From: an uncultured Verrucomicrobiales bacterium
GTDB lineage: Bacteria; Verrucomicrobiota; Verrucomicrobiia; Verrucomicrobiales; DEV007
Direction: 5' to 3'
Assembly: GCA_938091905.1 (NCBI GenBank)
Contig: CALKOM010000014.1
Coordinates: forward strand, 15,072-79,071
DNA: 64,000 bases
Shown here piece after piece: positions 21,085 through 31,365 of the stretch; the first letter of the stretch is position 1; every line of letters starts with the position of its first letter. Under the pieces are notes generated by a model, which was given only the letters and a program-made list of their open reading frames with translations, made no database searches and was not told where the DNA came from. The position numbers and the translations under genes are program-made.

Positions 21085-21834
21085 TTGAAAGGCGAACGCA
21101 TCGCCAATCGCACGGATTTCACCGTTCTCGAGGACACGGAAGACTACATCGTCGTCGACAAACCAGCGCCCATGCTCGTCCACCCGAGCAAACCCAGTCC
21201 TGTGCCCACGTTATGGGATGAATTACGTGCGTTGTTAGCTTATGACATCACCAATGGCGCGCACCTCTCCATCATCAATCGGCTGGATCGGGAAACAAGT
21301 GGCGTTGTCCTAATCACTAAACACACCGAAGCTGCACGCCGTTTCTCCATTGCCATGCAGCGGCGCCGCACAGAGAAGATCTACCAAACACTCGTCCATG
21401 GCTGGCCGAGTGAAGACACCTTTACCATAAACGCACCATTACTTCGACGGGGAGAAGTCGAACACTCTCCAATCTGGCTAAAACGCATGGTCCACAAAGA
21501 TGGCCAATCAGCGGTCACTCGCACCAGGGTGCTAGAGCGCATTCAGCACAGCGGTGAGCAATACAGCTTCTTGGAGGTCACACCAGTGACAGGTCGCACC
21601 CACCAAATTCGCGTGCATCTCAGCCACATCGGCCACCCCATTGTCGGGGACAAGATCTATCAAGACGAAACCTGCTACCTCCGCTTCATCGAAGACGGCT
21701 GGACGAGTGAGCTTGAAAAACAGCTCTTGTTTCCTCGCCAGGCCTTGCACGCCAGCAAACTGACCTTTCACTTCGAGGAAGGTGATCTTAGCTGGGCCGC
21801 ACCCTTTCCCGAAGGACTAAAGCTATCTTGTTAG
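21085..21834 (+). CDS. RluA-family pseudouridine synthase
   Basis: VDKP, NRLDRETSG, TGRTHQIRVH and GDKIY motifs. Confidence 0.92.
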   Translation: MKGERIANRTDFTVLEDTEDYIVVDKPAPMLVHPSKPSPVPTLWDELRALLAYDITNGAHLSIINRLDRETSGVVLITKHTEAARRFSIAMQRRRTEKIYQTLVHGWPSEDTFTINAPLLRRGEVEHSPIWLKRMVHKDGQSAVTRTRVLERIQHSGEQYSFLEVTPVTGRTHQIRVHLSHIGHPIVGDKIYQDETCYLRFIEDGWTSELEKQLLFPRQALHASKLTFHFEEGDLSWAAPFPEGLKLSC

Positions 21835-21853
21835 ATAGACGATTCTCACCACC

Positions 21854-22468
21854 TCACGATACCGCCCGATTCGGCAGTCGGATATTCCAGCGAAGCGCAA
21901 TCAACCGGATCAACACGATGATCGCGATACCGCTCAGCACACGAGTTGGCTCAGGCAGAGGCACGTAGTGGAGCAGTAAGAAAACCCAGTTTCCGACAAA
22001 GGCGCAAGTCGCGTAGAGAGGCGCAAAGCTGAAGAGGCTAGGGATTTCATTGCAAATGACTTCGCCCATGACACCACCGAAAGATCCCGCAACAACGCCT
22101 AACAGTGACGCCACAAACCAAGTGGCACCGTAGTCGAGAGCAAACTGCGTACCGAGGACGCTGAACAGCCCCAAGCCCAGCGCATCAGGCACATGGAGGA
22201 ATTTCGTTAGGGCCCTAGGCAGCTTCCTAAAAAACGACGACAGCAACGCCAAGGCAAACACGGTTAGCGGATAGATCTCGTGCTCGATCCAAAACAGTGG
22301 ATGACGGTCCAGGAAGAGATCACGCAGGGTGCCACCACCGAACGCAACAATAAACGCCAGCGAGAAGCCCCCCACAAAGTCCATGCCCTTGCTTCGCGCC
22401 AGGAGAATCCCATAAAGCGCTCCTGCCGTGACGGCAGTGAACTCAATAATTCTGAAGAAAGGCTCCAT
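21854..22468 (-). CDS. Trimeric intracellular cation channel / UPF0126 (YadS-like) membrane protein
   Basis: AFGGGTLRD, DALGLGLF and GGVMGEVICNEIP motifs. Confidence 0.88.
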   Translation of the reverse strand: MEPFFRIIEFTAVTAGALYGILLARSKGMDFVGGFSLAFIVAFGGGTLRDLFLDRHPLFWIEHEIYPLTVFALALLSSFFRKLPRALTKFLHVPDALGLGLFSVLGTQFALDYGATWFVASLLGVVAGSFGGVMGEVICNEIPSLFSFAPLYATCAFVGNWVFLLLHYVPLPEPTRVLSGIAIIVLIRLIALRWNIRLPNRAVS

Positions 22469-22507
22469 GATGAGAGCGTGATAGACGCTCCCAGCGGAAG
22501 CGACCCA

Positions 22508-23407
22508 CTACTTCGCGGAAACGATGGAAACCTTCTCCTTTGTCGGGAAGTTATCAGGGATCGAAATGGTGACTGCTTTGCCAGCCGCATACTGCAAGGA
22601 GCGACCAAGAATCGTGTGGAATCCCACACAACGAAGTCCATCCAGCTCCTTCTGCCCTTTCCAAAGATGACCTAGCACCGTAGTGACCACACGTCCTTTA
22701 CCATACGGAATGAACCAAGTCATGGGCTCGTGTTTCCCCGAACCGCCTTTCTCCTTATCCGCGTAGGCACTGCTGAGAATCGTCATGTTCTTCGCCGGCC
22801 CACGCTGGCCATGATAAAGCTCGTCAAAAGCATGAAGCCACTCGTTAGGCACACCATTCATGATCGGATGATTTGGGTCACGAACCTTCACCACAAAGGG
22901 ATGCTTGGAACCATGGCCAGCACCGATACCCTCGCCGCGAGGCTCACGGATCAACTTGCCATCGTCGTTATAGTAGAGTCGATCTCCACCCATCGGATTC
23001 CGCCAAAGTAGGCCCGTGATCTGATTGAATTCTGCCCAATTAGGAAAGGCATTGTTCGCAGCATGGACATTGACCAGACCACCACCTTTCGCAATAAATG
23101 CTAACAGACCATCACCGATAGACTTGGGCCATGGATCTCCATAGTAGTTATTTAGAACAACGTCGAACTTAGAGAAATCAATCTTCCAGCTATCCCAATT
23201 CTCTTTCGTGGGGCTCGTGGATACCGTCACGTCAAAGAGCTTCGCGGACGCGAGAGCCTCCAACAACTGCTCAGTCGTCCGCTCCCAGTCGTGATTGTTC
23301 TGGCCGTCTATGAGTAGGACTTGCAACGGCTTAGCGTCGTCTTGCGCCAAAAGATTCACAGGCAACAACGCGAAAACGAGAAGAAGGACATGGACGAAGT
23401 TTTTCAT
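22508..23407 (-). CDS. ThuA-domain secreted protein
   Basis: Signal peptide; DGQNNHDW, DELY, HEPM and TVLGH motifs. Confidence 0.85.
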   Translation of the reverse strand: MKNFVHVLLLVFALLPVNLLAQDDAKPLQVLLIDGQNNHDWERTTEQLLEALASAKLFDVTVSTSPTKENWDSWKIDFSKFDVVLNNYYGDPWPKSIGDGLLAFIAKGGGLVNVHAANNAFPNWAEFNQITGLLWRNPMGGDRLYYNDDGKLIREPRGEGIGAGHGSKHPFVVKVRDPNHPIMNGVPNEWLHAFDELYHGQRGPAKNMTILSSAYADKEKGGSGKHEPMTWFIPYGKGRVVTTVLGHLWKGQKELDGLRCVGFHTILGRSLQYAAGKAVTISIPDNFPTKEKVSIVSAK

Positions 23408-23416
23408 AGCAATTTG

Positions 23417-25111
23417 TTATTTAGTTGGCACGTAACGATCGAAGAGCTGGTTCAAGCGTTCCAAGTAGATATCTGTCGCACCATTACGCAAAGCCTGCGG
23501 GCGTTGGAAAGTAGTAGTGCGACGATGCTCGCGGGGATTGTAATCGCCACGGTAATGCGCATCGAACAACCGATCGAGATTATCAGTGGGCGCCTCCAAA
23601 CTTCCAGTCACGTCAAAGGTGGTCCATCCGAAGGGATTGTCAGGCTTCGACTTGAAGAAAGCAGGCCGCCCCTTCGTGATCCCATTTCTCGTCGCCCGAG
23701 CCAAGGTGTCATCCGGCAAACCAATCTCAAATTTCCCGCTGATGCTATGATTCGGCTGGACGGTAAATTCGCCTAACAAACTTGCAGCTCTGGGATTCGA
23801 ACCATAGATATCGTAGAGTCGGATGATGCCACCCTTCTGATGAATCGTGGCTGAAAACTCGTCAAACGCCAGCCGACTGAGTTCAGCCGTCCCAAAGTTT
23901 AGCGAGAGACTAGAAAGGATTTCCAAGCCTTTGACCGAGAGACCAGGAATCTTCACCTTCCCCTTCAGCTCCGGAAGGTCATCCATGGACAGCCCCCCCT
24001 GAAGGGTTAGATCACCCTCAAGACGCCCTAGCAGACGCTCGCTCCAATCATCGTGGACCATGTCGCTTACTTTGACGTTCTTGACTGCGATCGCGAGATC
24101 AACACGCGGCTCGCTTCCAAGAAAGATCTCTCCAGTTATAGAGCACGTACCTCCATCTTCCGACGTGAGGTTGGCACGGTGGATCGAGAGCATTCCGTCC
24201 GCCCCCCAGGTGAAGTCAGCTGCCTCGATCCGAAATTGCGGCCAATAGAAGTAGTCGAGTGTTCCCCTACCCGCCGTAACGAAATAGCCAGGGTTCGTCT
24301 TGTTCATGGTCAGGTGGAGGCCATCAAGCCGATGCGGGTTGTCAGGATTGACACCAAACTCTGCACTAAAATGGCGACAGCTCACGCGCTCCGCGTCGTA
24401 AGAATTGGGCACACCGCTGAATCCTAACCCTGCCGCGAGCACCTTGATAGCTTCATCTAACAGAGGCACCTGTGTCGTTCCCTCCACTTGTGGAGGCAAT
24501 GGCCGGAGCTGCAACTCCGCCCGGTCAGCGATGAGGTGAGAGATAAGCCAGTCTTTCGAAAGAAACGACCCAAAGCGCAATCGTGCCTCCATGTTGGTCA
24601 GGGTGAATCCCGCAAGCACAGAATCATCAGGACCAGCTGCGCTGAACTTGCGGTTCTTTACGGCCAACTTGGAGACTTTGAAGGGGTCCTCAAATTCCCC
24701 TTGGTAACCAATCGACTCACTCACAGACTCACTCATCTCCTTACGAAATTTCTCACCTCCATAGGCAAGATAGGAAAAGAGGAAGCTACCAGCCACGAAG
24801 GCCAGGATTGGAAGTAGAATAAGGAGGCCCAGCCCCATCATCATGTAACGACGCCGACGTTTGGCCCGAATCGGCTGATTGCTGCGGCGTCGCCGCTTTT
24901 TCTTAGACTTCAGTCCCTGGTCGCTAGAAGAAGATCGCACCTTTCGTAGGTGGTCGACCATCTCTTGGTAAGTATAGTGATCAGGAGTCGCGTCAGAGCC
25001 ACCTGAGGCCCCAGACGACTCCGAACTTGGCTCTCCGGAGCCCTTGGCAGGAGGTGGGGACTGCGATTCTCTGGCACCACTAGGGGCGCGGCGGCGTCTG
25101 GATGGAGGCAT
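23417..25111 (-). CDS. Membrane-anchored hypothetical protein, AsmA-like beta-rich
   Basis: Low-complexity basic N-terminus, a single TM helix, and a beta-rich periplasmic part ending in VTGSLEAPTDNL. Confidence 0.55.
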   Translation of the reverse strand: MPPSRRRRAPSGARESQSPPPAKGSGEPSSESSGASGGSDATPDHYTYQEMVDHLRKVRSSSSDQGLKSKKKRRRRSNQPIRAKRRRRYMMMGLGLLILLPILAFVAGSFLFSYLAYGGEKFRKEMSESVSESIGYQGEFEDPFKVSKLAVKNRKFSAAGPDDSVLAGFTLTNMEARLRFGSFLSKDWLISHLIADRAELQLRPLPPQVEGTTQVPLLDEAIKVLAAGLGFSGVPNSYDAERVSCRHFSAEFGVNPDNPHRLDGLHLTMNKTNPGYFVTAGRGTLDYFYWPQFRIEAADFTWGADGMLSIHRANLTSEDGGTCSITGEIFLGSEPRVDLAIAVKNVKVSDMVHDDWSERLLGRLEGDLTLQGGLSMDDLPELKGKVKIPGLSVKGLEILSSLSLNFGTAELSRLAFDEFSATIHQKGGIIRLYDIYGSNPRAASLLGEFTVQPNHSISGKFEIGLPDDTLARATRNGITKGRPAFFKSKPDNPFGWTTFDVTGSLEAPTDNLDRLFDAHYRGDYNPREHRRTTTFQRPQALRNGATDIYLERLNQLFDRYVPTK

Positions 25112-25179
25112 GAGGCTTGGCGTGGAAGGTTCGAGGATCCGTCCGACTCAAGCACAAGCAGGCTCGAGCGCAAGGAACG

Positions 25180-27639
25180 CTACTCGACGTCAATGATACT
25201 GCTAGGGCTAGAGGGACCGTTTATAAGAGTGCCCTGAGCATCAATGATCGAAACGGTGACAAAGATGACCACAGCGCGTGTCTTTGTTCTACCAACGTCA
25301 CCTCGGAAGAGACGCCCCACGAAGGGAAGGTCACCCACGATGGGAACTTTATCTGCAATGGTGTCGCGGCGTTCCTCCGAAAGGCCACCGATGACCAGAG
25401 TGGAGCCGTCGTATACCGACGCGTTCACTTGGTTTCGAATACTACTGAAGACCGGCAGTAGAATCTGATTATCCGTGACCAGCACATTGGTAGGGTTACC
25501 TAACGCATCCGTTCCCGCAGCCGTGATGGGTGAGCCATAGTTCACAAAGCCAATGAACTCGACAAACTCGGGGCTCAATGCCAGATCGACCATCTGACCG
25601 TCCGGACTAATCGCAGGCTCCACTTCAAGCGTGAATCCAAGAGGGCGCATTTCAAAAGTCGTCGGGTGAGCTGGCGTCACCGGGAAGATGCCCGCATCGA
25701 CACCTACACTCACCTCTTGTGGCAGCTCTGGTGGATCAAATTCCACTGGATAGATCAATTCTAGACCGGACTCAATTCGAGCACGGTTGCCAGGTTTCAC
25801 CGTGACCGTTGGCGACGTAACAATGTCAGAGTTCGTATGCTGATTCAGCCCCCGCATCACCACTTGAAACTGTGGGTCGGTCATTTGACCAAATGCGGAG
25901 AAGATTCCTGATGCTAGGTTTGTAGAAAGCGCCGTTTCCCGATCGACCCCAATAATCTGCTCTAAGGCATCCACACCGATCGCGCTGGGACCACTGCGAA
26001 TGCCACTAGTGACTCGATCGCCACCTAAGACCTGTCCAGTGATCGGATCAGTAAAAGCAAAGTCGGAGTTTGGATTGGTCGCGTTGGGCAGCACTCCCGT
26101 TGTCTCGACAGCTGGAACGGTAGAACCACCGCCACCGAGCACTTGGTTGCCACTCTGAAGTCTAAAAGGTCCGACGAGCCAATCGAATCCTAACTCTTCA
26201 AGATTCTCCTGTCGGACATCCATCGTCGTGACCTTGATCACGATCTGACGTTGCGGACCACCGGATGCAGACGAAACCAAATTCTCAATTAAATCGAGAT
26301 TAGAAAGCGTGTTGCGAACCGTTAGCTTATTCGACAAAGGCAAATACTGAGCATTCGCCCCCTCCGGGAAAGACACGCCATTCTGCTCCAGAAACGCCGT
26401 CTCTGAAACCACATTGACCTGAGCCGAATCACCAAACGGATCATCACTAGCACCACCACCATCGGAAGTGAAGAAATCCGGCCGCACCGTGAAAGAACGC
26501 GAAATCATCGTCGTGTCCTGCTCGTCCTGCGGGACGATCTCGACCGCAAATTGATCAATGCGGAATTTCGCCCCCACAAACTCGGTCACATACTGCACGA
26601 GTACTAGCAATGGCACCGTCTTCATGGTCATCGTGATGGGACGGGCCCGATCAATTCCTGCCGCCGACGAGAGCACGAAATTCACTCCGGCGCCGGAAGG
26701 ATCATTGACCTTACTGAGTTGCTCAAGGTAACGAACGACTGGCTCAATCGTCATTCCTTGTAGATTCACTTCAGGTATCGTGATCGATGCGAGCTTTCGC
26801 GCGATACTCTCAGAGAGAGGAGCATCTTGCAACGATCCCAGCTCAGGAGTCTCCTTTGGCCGCATCGCGCTTTCCCCATTGCTAGGGTCGGTATACTCCC
26901 ACTTGGCAGCCAAATCATCGAGCAACTTAGCGCGAGCTTGGTCATACGCTGCATCACGATAGTTGCGAGACATGTGAGAGGCCTTGATCAATCCCTCACG
27001 AGCCGCCGTGTTCGTCTCGTCCGTATTGAGAACTTCCGCGAACTTAGTCGTCGCCTCGTCAAACTCGCCCATTTCCAGCAATGAGTGGCCCTCCCCAAGG
27101 GCACGAGTCACATCATCCACCTTTCTCATGTGAGCAGCAGTCTTTCCAGGTGGCACCCACTCAGGATCAGCCAAGCGATTCTGCATCTCCTTCGCACCTT
27201 CATGATCGGGCACGCGCTGCACATCCAGCACTTCGTCAATAATCAACCGCGCCTCCTTCTGACGGTGCATGTCGACCAACTTTTCAGCATAAGCGACCGT
27301 GGCATCACCATAGCGTTGTTTGGCCGTCACCCGAAATGGATCGCCACTATCACCGACAGGAACGAGCTCGAAGGCCTTCCGAAAATTCGTAAATGCCCGG
27401 GCCAAATCACCTTCTTCAAGGTAGTTGTCCCCCTCGGAGAGGTAGTGATTCACCTGTAGAAGCGACATCTCGCGTTTCCCAATGTCTCCAGCCACGGCAT
27501 TCTCGAAATCTTGGGCAGCGGCACGTTGTGGCGTTAAAAACATAGCCACGCTTACGGCCAGGCCGCCTCCAAGGATTCCGAGGGGTGACAAAGGGCGACT
27601 ATTGCTACGAGAATGGGTCGTCATACGGGCGTAAGTCAT
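25180..27639 (-). CDS. Type II/IV secretin, Amuc_1098 family, with N-terminal TPR-like region
   Basis: ELGFDW, QFQVVMRGLNQ, GFVNYGSPI and DKVPIVGDLPFVGRLF motifs. Confidence 0.9.
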   Translation of the reverse strand: MTYARMTTHSRSNSRPLSPLGILGGGLAVSVAMFLTPQRAAAQDFENAVAGDIGKREMSLLQVNHYLSEGDNYLEEGDLARAFTNFRKAFELVPVGDSGDPFRVTAKQRYGDATVAYAEKLVDMHRQKEARLIIDEVLDVQRVPDHEGAKEMQNRLADPEWVPPGKTAAHMRKVDDVTRALGEGHSLLEMGEFDEATTKFAEVLNTDETNTAAREGLIKASHMSRNYRDAAYDQARAKLLDDLAAKWEYTDPSNGESAMRPKETPELGSLQDAPLSESIARKLASITIPEVNLQGMTIEPVVRYLEQLSKVNDPSGAGVNFVLSSAAGIDRARPITMTMKTVPLLVLVQYVTEFVGAKFRIDQFAVEIVPQDEQDTTMISRSFTVRPDFFTSDGGGASDDPFGDSAQVNVVSETAFLEQNGVSFPEGANAQYLPLSNKLTVRNTLSNLDLIENLVSSASGGPQRQIVIKVTTMDVRQENLEELGFDWLVGPFRLQSGNQVLGGGGSTVPAVETTGVLPNATNPNSDFAFTDPITGQVLGGDRVTSGIRSGPSAIGVDALEQIIGVDRETALSTNLASGIFSAFGQMTDPQFQVVMRGLNQHTNSDIVTSPTVTVKPGNRARIESGLELIYPVEFDPPELPQEVSVGVDAGIFPVTPAHPTTFEMRPLGFTLEVEPAISPDGQMVDLALSPEFVEFIGFVNYGSPITAAGTDALGNPTNVLVTDNQILLPVFSSIRNQVNASVYDGSTLVIGGLSEERRDTIADKVPIVGDLPFVGRLFRGDVGRTKTRAVVIFVTVSIIDAQGTLINGPSSPSSIIDVE

Positions 27640-27731
27640 GCCAGAATACTCTGGATTGTAACGTCTAAATTTAAAAAATTCACCCCTTTTTGAGAGCCGG
27701 ATTCGATCAGTGCTCCTGCAAACGAGAATAG

Positions 27732-28904
27732 TCAGCGCGTTTCACCGTAGAGACACGCCACCAAGCTAAGTGCCTTCTCCGTGGGAAACACGCTCCGCTC
27801 CATCTGGTTCATCACATAAGCAAATCCAATTCCCATGCTCGGATCCGCAAAAGCCAAGCTACCTCCTGCCCCAGGATGACCAAAGGCCCGCTTGCTCGGC
27901 CCAAAGAGCGCACGAGTCTTGCCACCAGCCGCATCCACCGGGTCCTTCATGAAGCCCGCTGCGAAGGCCGTTTCTCGGAGAAAGACCTGATCCTGCCCTT
28001 GCGCTAACGGCGATTCCATAGCGCGCAGACTGGATTGATTAAACAACGCCGTCCCCGCGCATCGTCCACCCTGGGCCAGCATGCCATAAAATGCCGCCAG
28101 CCCGCGAGCGGACGCCACTCCGCCAAAGGCCGGGTAACCTATCCGCCAAACTTTTGGATCATTCAGAGCCCCCACCGAGTCGAGCCCTCGGGGAGACCCA
28201 AAGGCCTGCGCCGTGAGCCCATCGCGATCACCCAGGGACCTGTAGAAACGAGCCTCCTCGTCGTTCTCAGCCCCAAATCGGCCGGGCACCAACTCTGCCA
28301 CCCGGTCATCCTCGCTCTCGGGAAGGCCAATCCAGGCATCCAGCCCAAGTGGCTCGGCCAGAGCTTCTCGCCAGAACCCGCCCAACGACGCCGCTCCCGT
28401 CACCCGCCGGACAATCTCCTCCAGGAGAAAGCCAAAGGTCCTCACATGATAGCCATGCCCCGTTGTCCAGCGAGGGGCCTCTTCCTCCAACGCCTTGATC
28501 ACGGCAGCATAATCATCAACGGCAGGAGGATGGGACAGGGCAGCGAGCCCCGCCCGGTGACTCAGCACCTCGGCCAACGTGACCTGTTCTTTCACGGCCT
28601 GCCCAAATGACTCCCAAATAGCCGCCACAGGCGTGTCCAACCCGATCCCAGCGTCTTCCAACGCCGCTAAAGTCGTCGCAGCCGCCAACCCTTTCGTACA
28701 CGACCATACGGGCACCAGCGACTCAGGCGTCCAGGCACGCGTCCGATTGCGATCCATAAAGCCACCTGCGACGTGCAGCAGTTCCCGCTCCCCTTGCCAC
28801 ACAGAAACGGCCGCCCCCAAGTCTGCTCCATTTACAAGATTCGCCTGAAACTGTCGCTCCAAACACTGCAAACGCGCCTCAGATACGGTGGGGAAACTTG
28901 CCAT
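27732..28904 (-). CDS. Serine hydrolase, beta-lactamase-family esterase
   Basis: SxxK (WSCTKG), LSHRAGL, GYH and FGHPGAGGS motifs. Confidence 0.9.
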   Translation of the reverse strand: MASFPTVSEARLQCLERQFQANLVNGADLGAAVSVWQGERELLHVAGGFMDRNRTRAWTPESLVPVWSCTKGLAAATTLAALEDAGIGLDTPVAAIWESFGQAVKEQVTLAEVLSHRAGLAALSHPPAVDDYAAVIKALEEEAPRWTTGHGYHVRTFGFLLEEIVRRVTGAASLGGFWREALAEPLGLDAWIGLPESEDDRVAELVPGRFGAENDEEARFYRSLGDRDGLTAQAFGSPRGLDSVGALNDPKVWRIGYPAFGGVASARGLAAFYGMLAQGGRCAGTALFNQSSLRAMESPLAQGQDQVFLRETAFAAGFMKDPVDAAGGKTRALFGPSKRAFGHPGAGGSLAFADPSMGIGFAYVMNQMERSVFPTEKALSLVACLYGETR

Positions 28905-29000
28905 TATAAAAGTAGTTGCGGCTCAGATTGATTGCGTCCATGCTCCGCCTCCACCCCTAGAACCCCTCGGGGAAACCGCTATTTATCAACGAATTTCGTC

Positions 29001-29204
29001 ATGCAAGTAAGAGCTTCCGTCAAGAGATTGAGTGCCGACTGCCAAATCGTGAAGCGTCGCGGTGTCCTCTATGTGATCTGCAAGAAGAACCCACGGTTGA
29101 AGCAGAAGCAGAAGTGCAGCCCTCGCAATAAGACGAGTATGCGCCGGCAGAACTGGCGCAAACGCCGTTGCGGCGCTCCTTACAAGTCCTGGAAACAGCG
29201 TTAA
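29001..29204 (+). CDS. rpmJ: 50S ribosomal protein bL36 with incomplete Zn ligands and a 30-aa C-terminal extension
   Basis: [37 protein letters not shown] followed by a basic tail. Confidence 0.88.
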   Translation: MQVRASVKRLSADCQIVKRRGVLYVICKKNPRLKQKQKCSPRNKTSMRRQNWRKRRCGAPYKSWKQR

Positions 29205-29237
29205 GCTGCTGGCTGCGCTTCGACGCAGCCATGATTC

Positions 29238-31187
29238 CTATTCTAGCGCTTTCACGTAAAGATTACGCCAAGACACCTCGAACGGGCCTGTCCCGCTCTT
29301 GATACCGTGTACTTGGAGCCCAATGAATCCTGATTGCGAAGATTCAGCATCCGTCACATCGGCGAGGGCGACACTGTTGACCCAAGTCTGAATCCGTTCC
29401 CCGTGCGCTCGGATATAATAGTGGTTCCACGCGCCATTCTTGAACGGCGACGTCTTCGACCGATCTTGACTTATCCATCCTCGATCGGTGCCTTCCGAAT
29501 ACACATAACCCGCTTGACCCGGCACTACTGCGATTTCCACTTGGGGTCCATGAACCCTACCATTCTTATAATCAGGAAGACTCTGTGAGCGAATCTGCAC
29601 ACCGGAATTGAGGGCATCATCGACCTTTACTTCGAATCTCAGCTCAAAGTCACCGTAGTCTTTCTCTGTACAAAGAAACGAGTTCGGGCTGCCTTCTCTG
29701 GTCTTCCCGATAATGGTTCCCTCATGAACTCGAAAGGTAGCCGTGCCATTCCTTGGCAGCCAGCCGTCCAGATCCGTTCCATTGAAGAGGGGCGTCCACG
29801 TCTGAGGCACCTCGCCACGATCAGTCACGCCATAGTTCAATTGCGAGAGATCCCATTTGGTTAGGCAAGGCACACCAGCGGCCACATGCACTTCATTGTT
29901 CTCATCACGCGTCTCGAAGGTGATCGTTCCTTTGTTAGCGCCCGCAATATCGACGGTTAGCAACCCATAGTTGTTTCCACGCATGCCCCAAAGCTGGTTG
30001 CGATGGTAACGATCCAGAATCGAGACCTTCTGATCCTGCTGCAATGGCGAACTCGTCGCCTCCACCAAGAGTGTGCCATCGGGCTGAGCCTGCTGCATGG
30101 CCTCACTGTGATGGCGATCCCCACTTAGAAACACCACGCCGCCAATCTTCTCACGCTCCAACGTCTCCGCCAAAGTCTGGAATTCGCCACGCGCCTCCAT
30201 GTAATGGCCTTCCCCGCGCTCATCCGCACAAATCACCTGCGTGCCATTGGCGATCACTTTCACCGTAGCCGTCGATCTCTTCAAACCGTCTAACAACCAT
30301 GCTAGCTGAGCTTTCCCCCAAATCTCACCCGTCTCTCGCGTCACCTCCTTGTGCCGGTCCGGAGAAAATTTGTAGTAGCGGTCGTCCAAGAGAAACACCT
30401 CCACCGGCCCACACCGATACTTGCTAAAAATGCCCGGAGCCTCTGGCAATCCCCACCCCGGGTTGGCCCACATTTGCTTGAAGACGCGAAGCGCTTCCTC
30501 CTTCAACGGAAACGTCCGATCCGCATTGTTCGGCCCATAGTCGTGATCATCCCAAATCCCGTAGTTCGGCACGCTCCGTAACAAGACCTGCAAATCCGGA
30601 TGTACCCGCGTTAGCAAATGACGCGCTCGCATCGAACCTGGAAAGTTCCAATCCCCCACAGGCCCCGTCGTCGAGAAATGCTTATCACTACCATCAGCAA
30701 CGATGAAGTAGGCGTTGTCGCCAAGAAAGATCATTGCATGAGGTTCCTCCTTGGCAATCGCTCCATAGATCGGCCCTCTTGGATACTGGGAAATCTTGCT
30801 ACACGAACCGAACGCCAACTGCACCTTCCCCGTCGAACTCGGCTTCGGATACGTCCGAAAAATCACGGACAATTTCTCGGACTCATTCCCATCACGAGTC
30901 GCTGTTAGAGTCACCTCAGTCTTCGCATCCGCCAGCAATCCCGAGAACCCCAGCACATGGCAATCCGCACCACGATCCTCCCAATGCGTCACTTTATGAG
31001 TCACATCACCTTGCCTCGCCTCCCCCGTTACCCGAGTCCCTTTCTTGATCCGGATCCACACACTCCCCGTCGTGTCCGACACGTGCCCCACCATGGGCCC
31101 AGCCGGGATCAACGTCGACGGTGCGGCAAATCCAGTGGAGACCAAGCCCAACAAGGAAAGCGCAACAACAAATCCGAATCTAATCAT
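29238..31187 (-). CDS. PhoD-like phosphatase fused to DUF1080 (3-keto-disaccharide hydrolase-like)
   Basis: AFGSC, FLGDN, WDDHD, LLDDR and LSGDRH motifs, then WTPLFNGTDLDGW, NSGVQIRS and GFIGLQVH. Confidence 0.88.
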   Translation of the reverse strand: MIRFGFVVALSLLGLVSTGFAAPSTLIPAGPMVGHVSDTTGSVWIRIKKGTRVTGEARQGDVTHKVTHWEDRGADCHVLGFSGLLADAKTEVTLTATRDGNESEKLSVIFRTYPKPSSTGKVQLAFGSCSKISQYPRGPIYGAIAKEEPHAMIFLGDNAYFIVADGSDKHFSTTGPVGDWNFPGSMRARHLLTRVHPDLQVLLRSVPNYGIWDDHDYGPNNADRTFPLKEEALRVFKQMWANPGWGLPEAPGIFSKYRCGPVEVFLLDDRYYKFSPDRHKEVTRETGEIWGKAQLAWLLDGLKRSTATVKVIANGTQVICADERGEGHYMEARGEFQTLAETLEREKIGGVVFLSGDRHHSEAMQQAQPDGTLLVEATSSPLQQDQKVSILDRYHRNQLWGMRGNNYGLLTVDIAGANKGTITFETRDENNEVHVAAGVPCLTKWDLSQLNYGVTDRGEVPQTWTPLFNGTDLDGWLPRNGTATFRVHEGTIIGKTREGSPNSFLCTEKDYGDFELRFEVKVDDALNSGVQIRSQSLPDYKNGRVHGPQVEIAVVPGQAGYVYSEGTDRGWISQDRSKTSPFKNGAWNHYYIRAHGERIQTWVNSVALADVTDAESSQSGFIGLQVHGIKSGTGPFEVSWRNLYVKALE

Positions 31188-31365
31188 CCAACCATCCTAG
31201 GCAAACAGCCACGCACCCGACAACCCCCAACCAAACTTTCGAAGAACGTCATCAGAGTCGATCCTACTCCTTGAGGGTGACAAATGTTTGACTCGATCGA
31301 TCGCGTTTCCCTCGTAGATAGTCTATCTCCTTTGTAGTTCGTCTACAATTGCAAGAAGCCTGAAA

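Noticed and set aside
27732..28904. Antibiotic-resistance beta-lactamase
   Set aside because: No signal peptide, and the motifs (LSHRAGL, FGHPGAGGS) fit cytoplasmic family VIII esterases.
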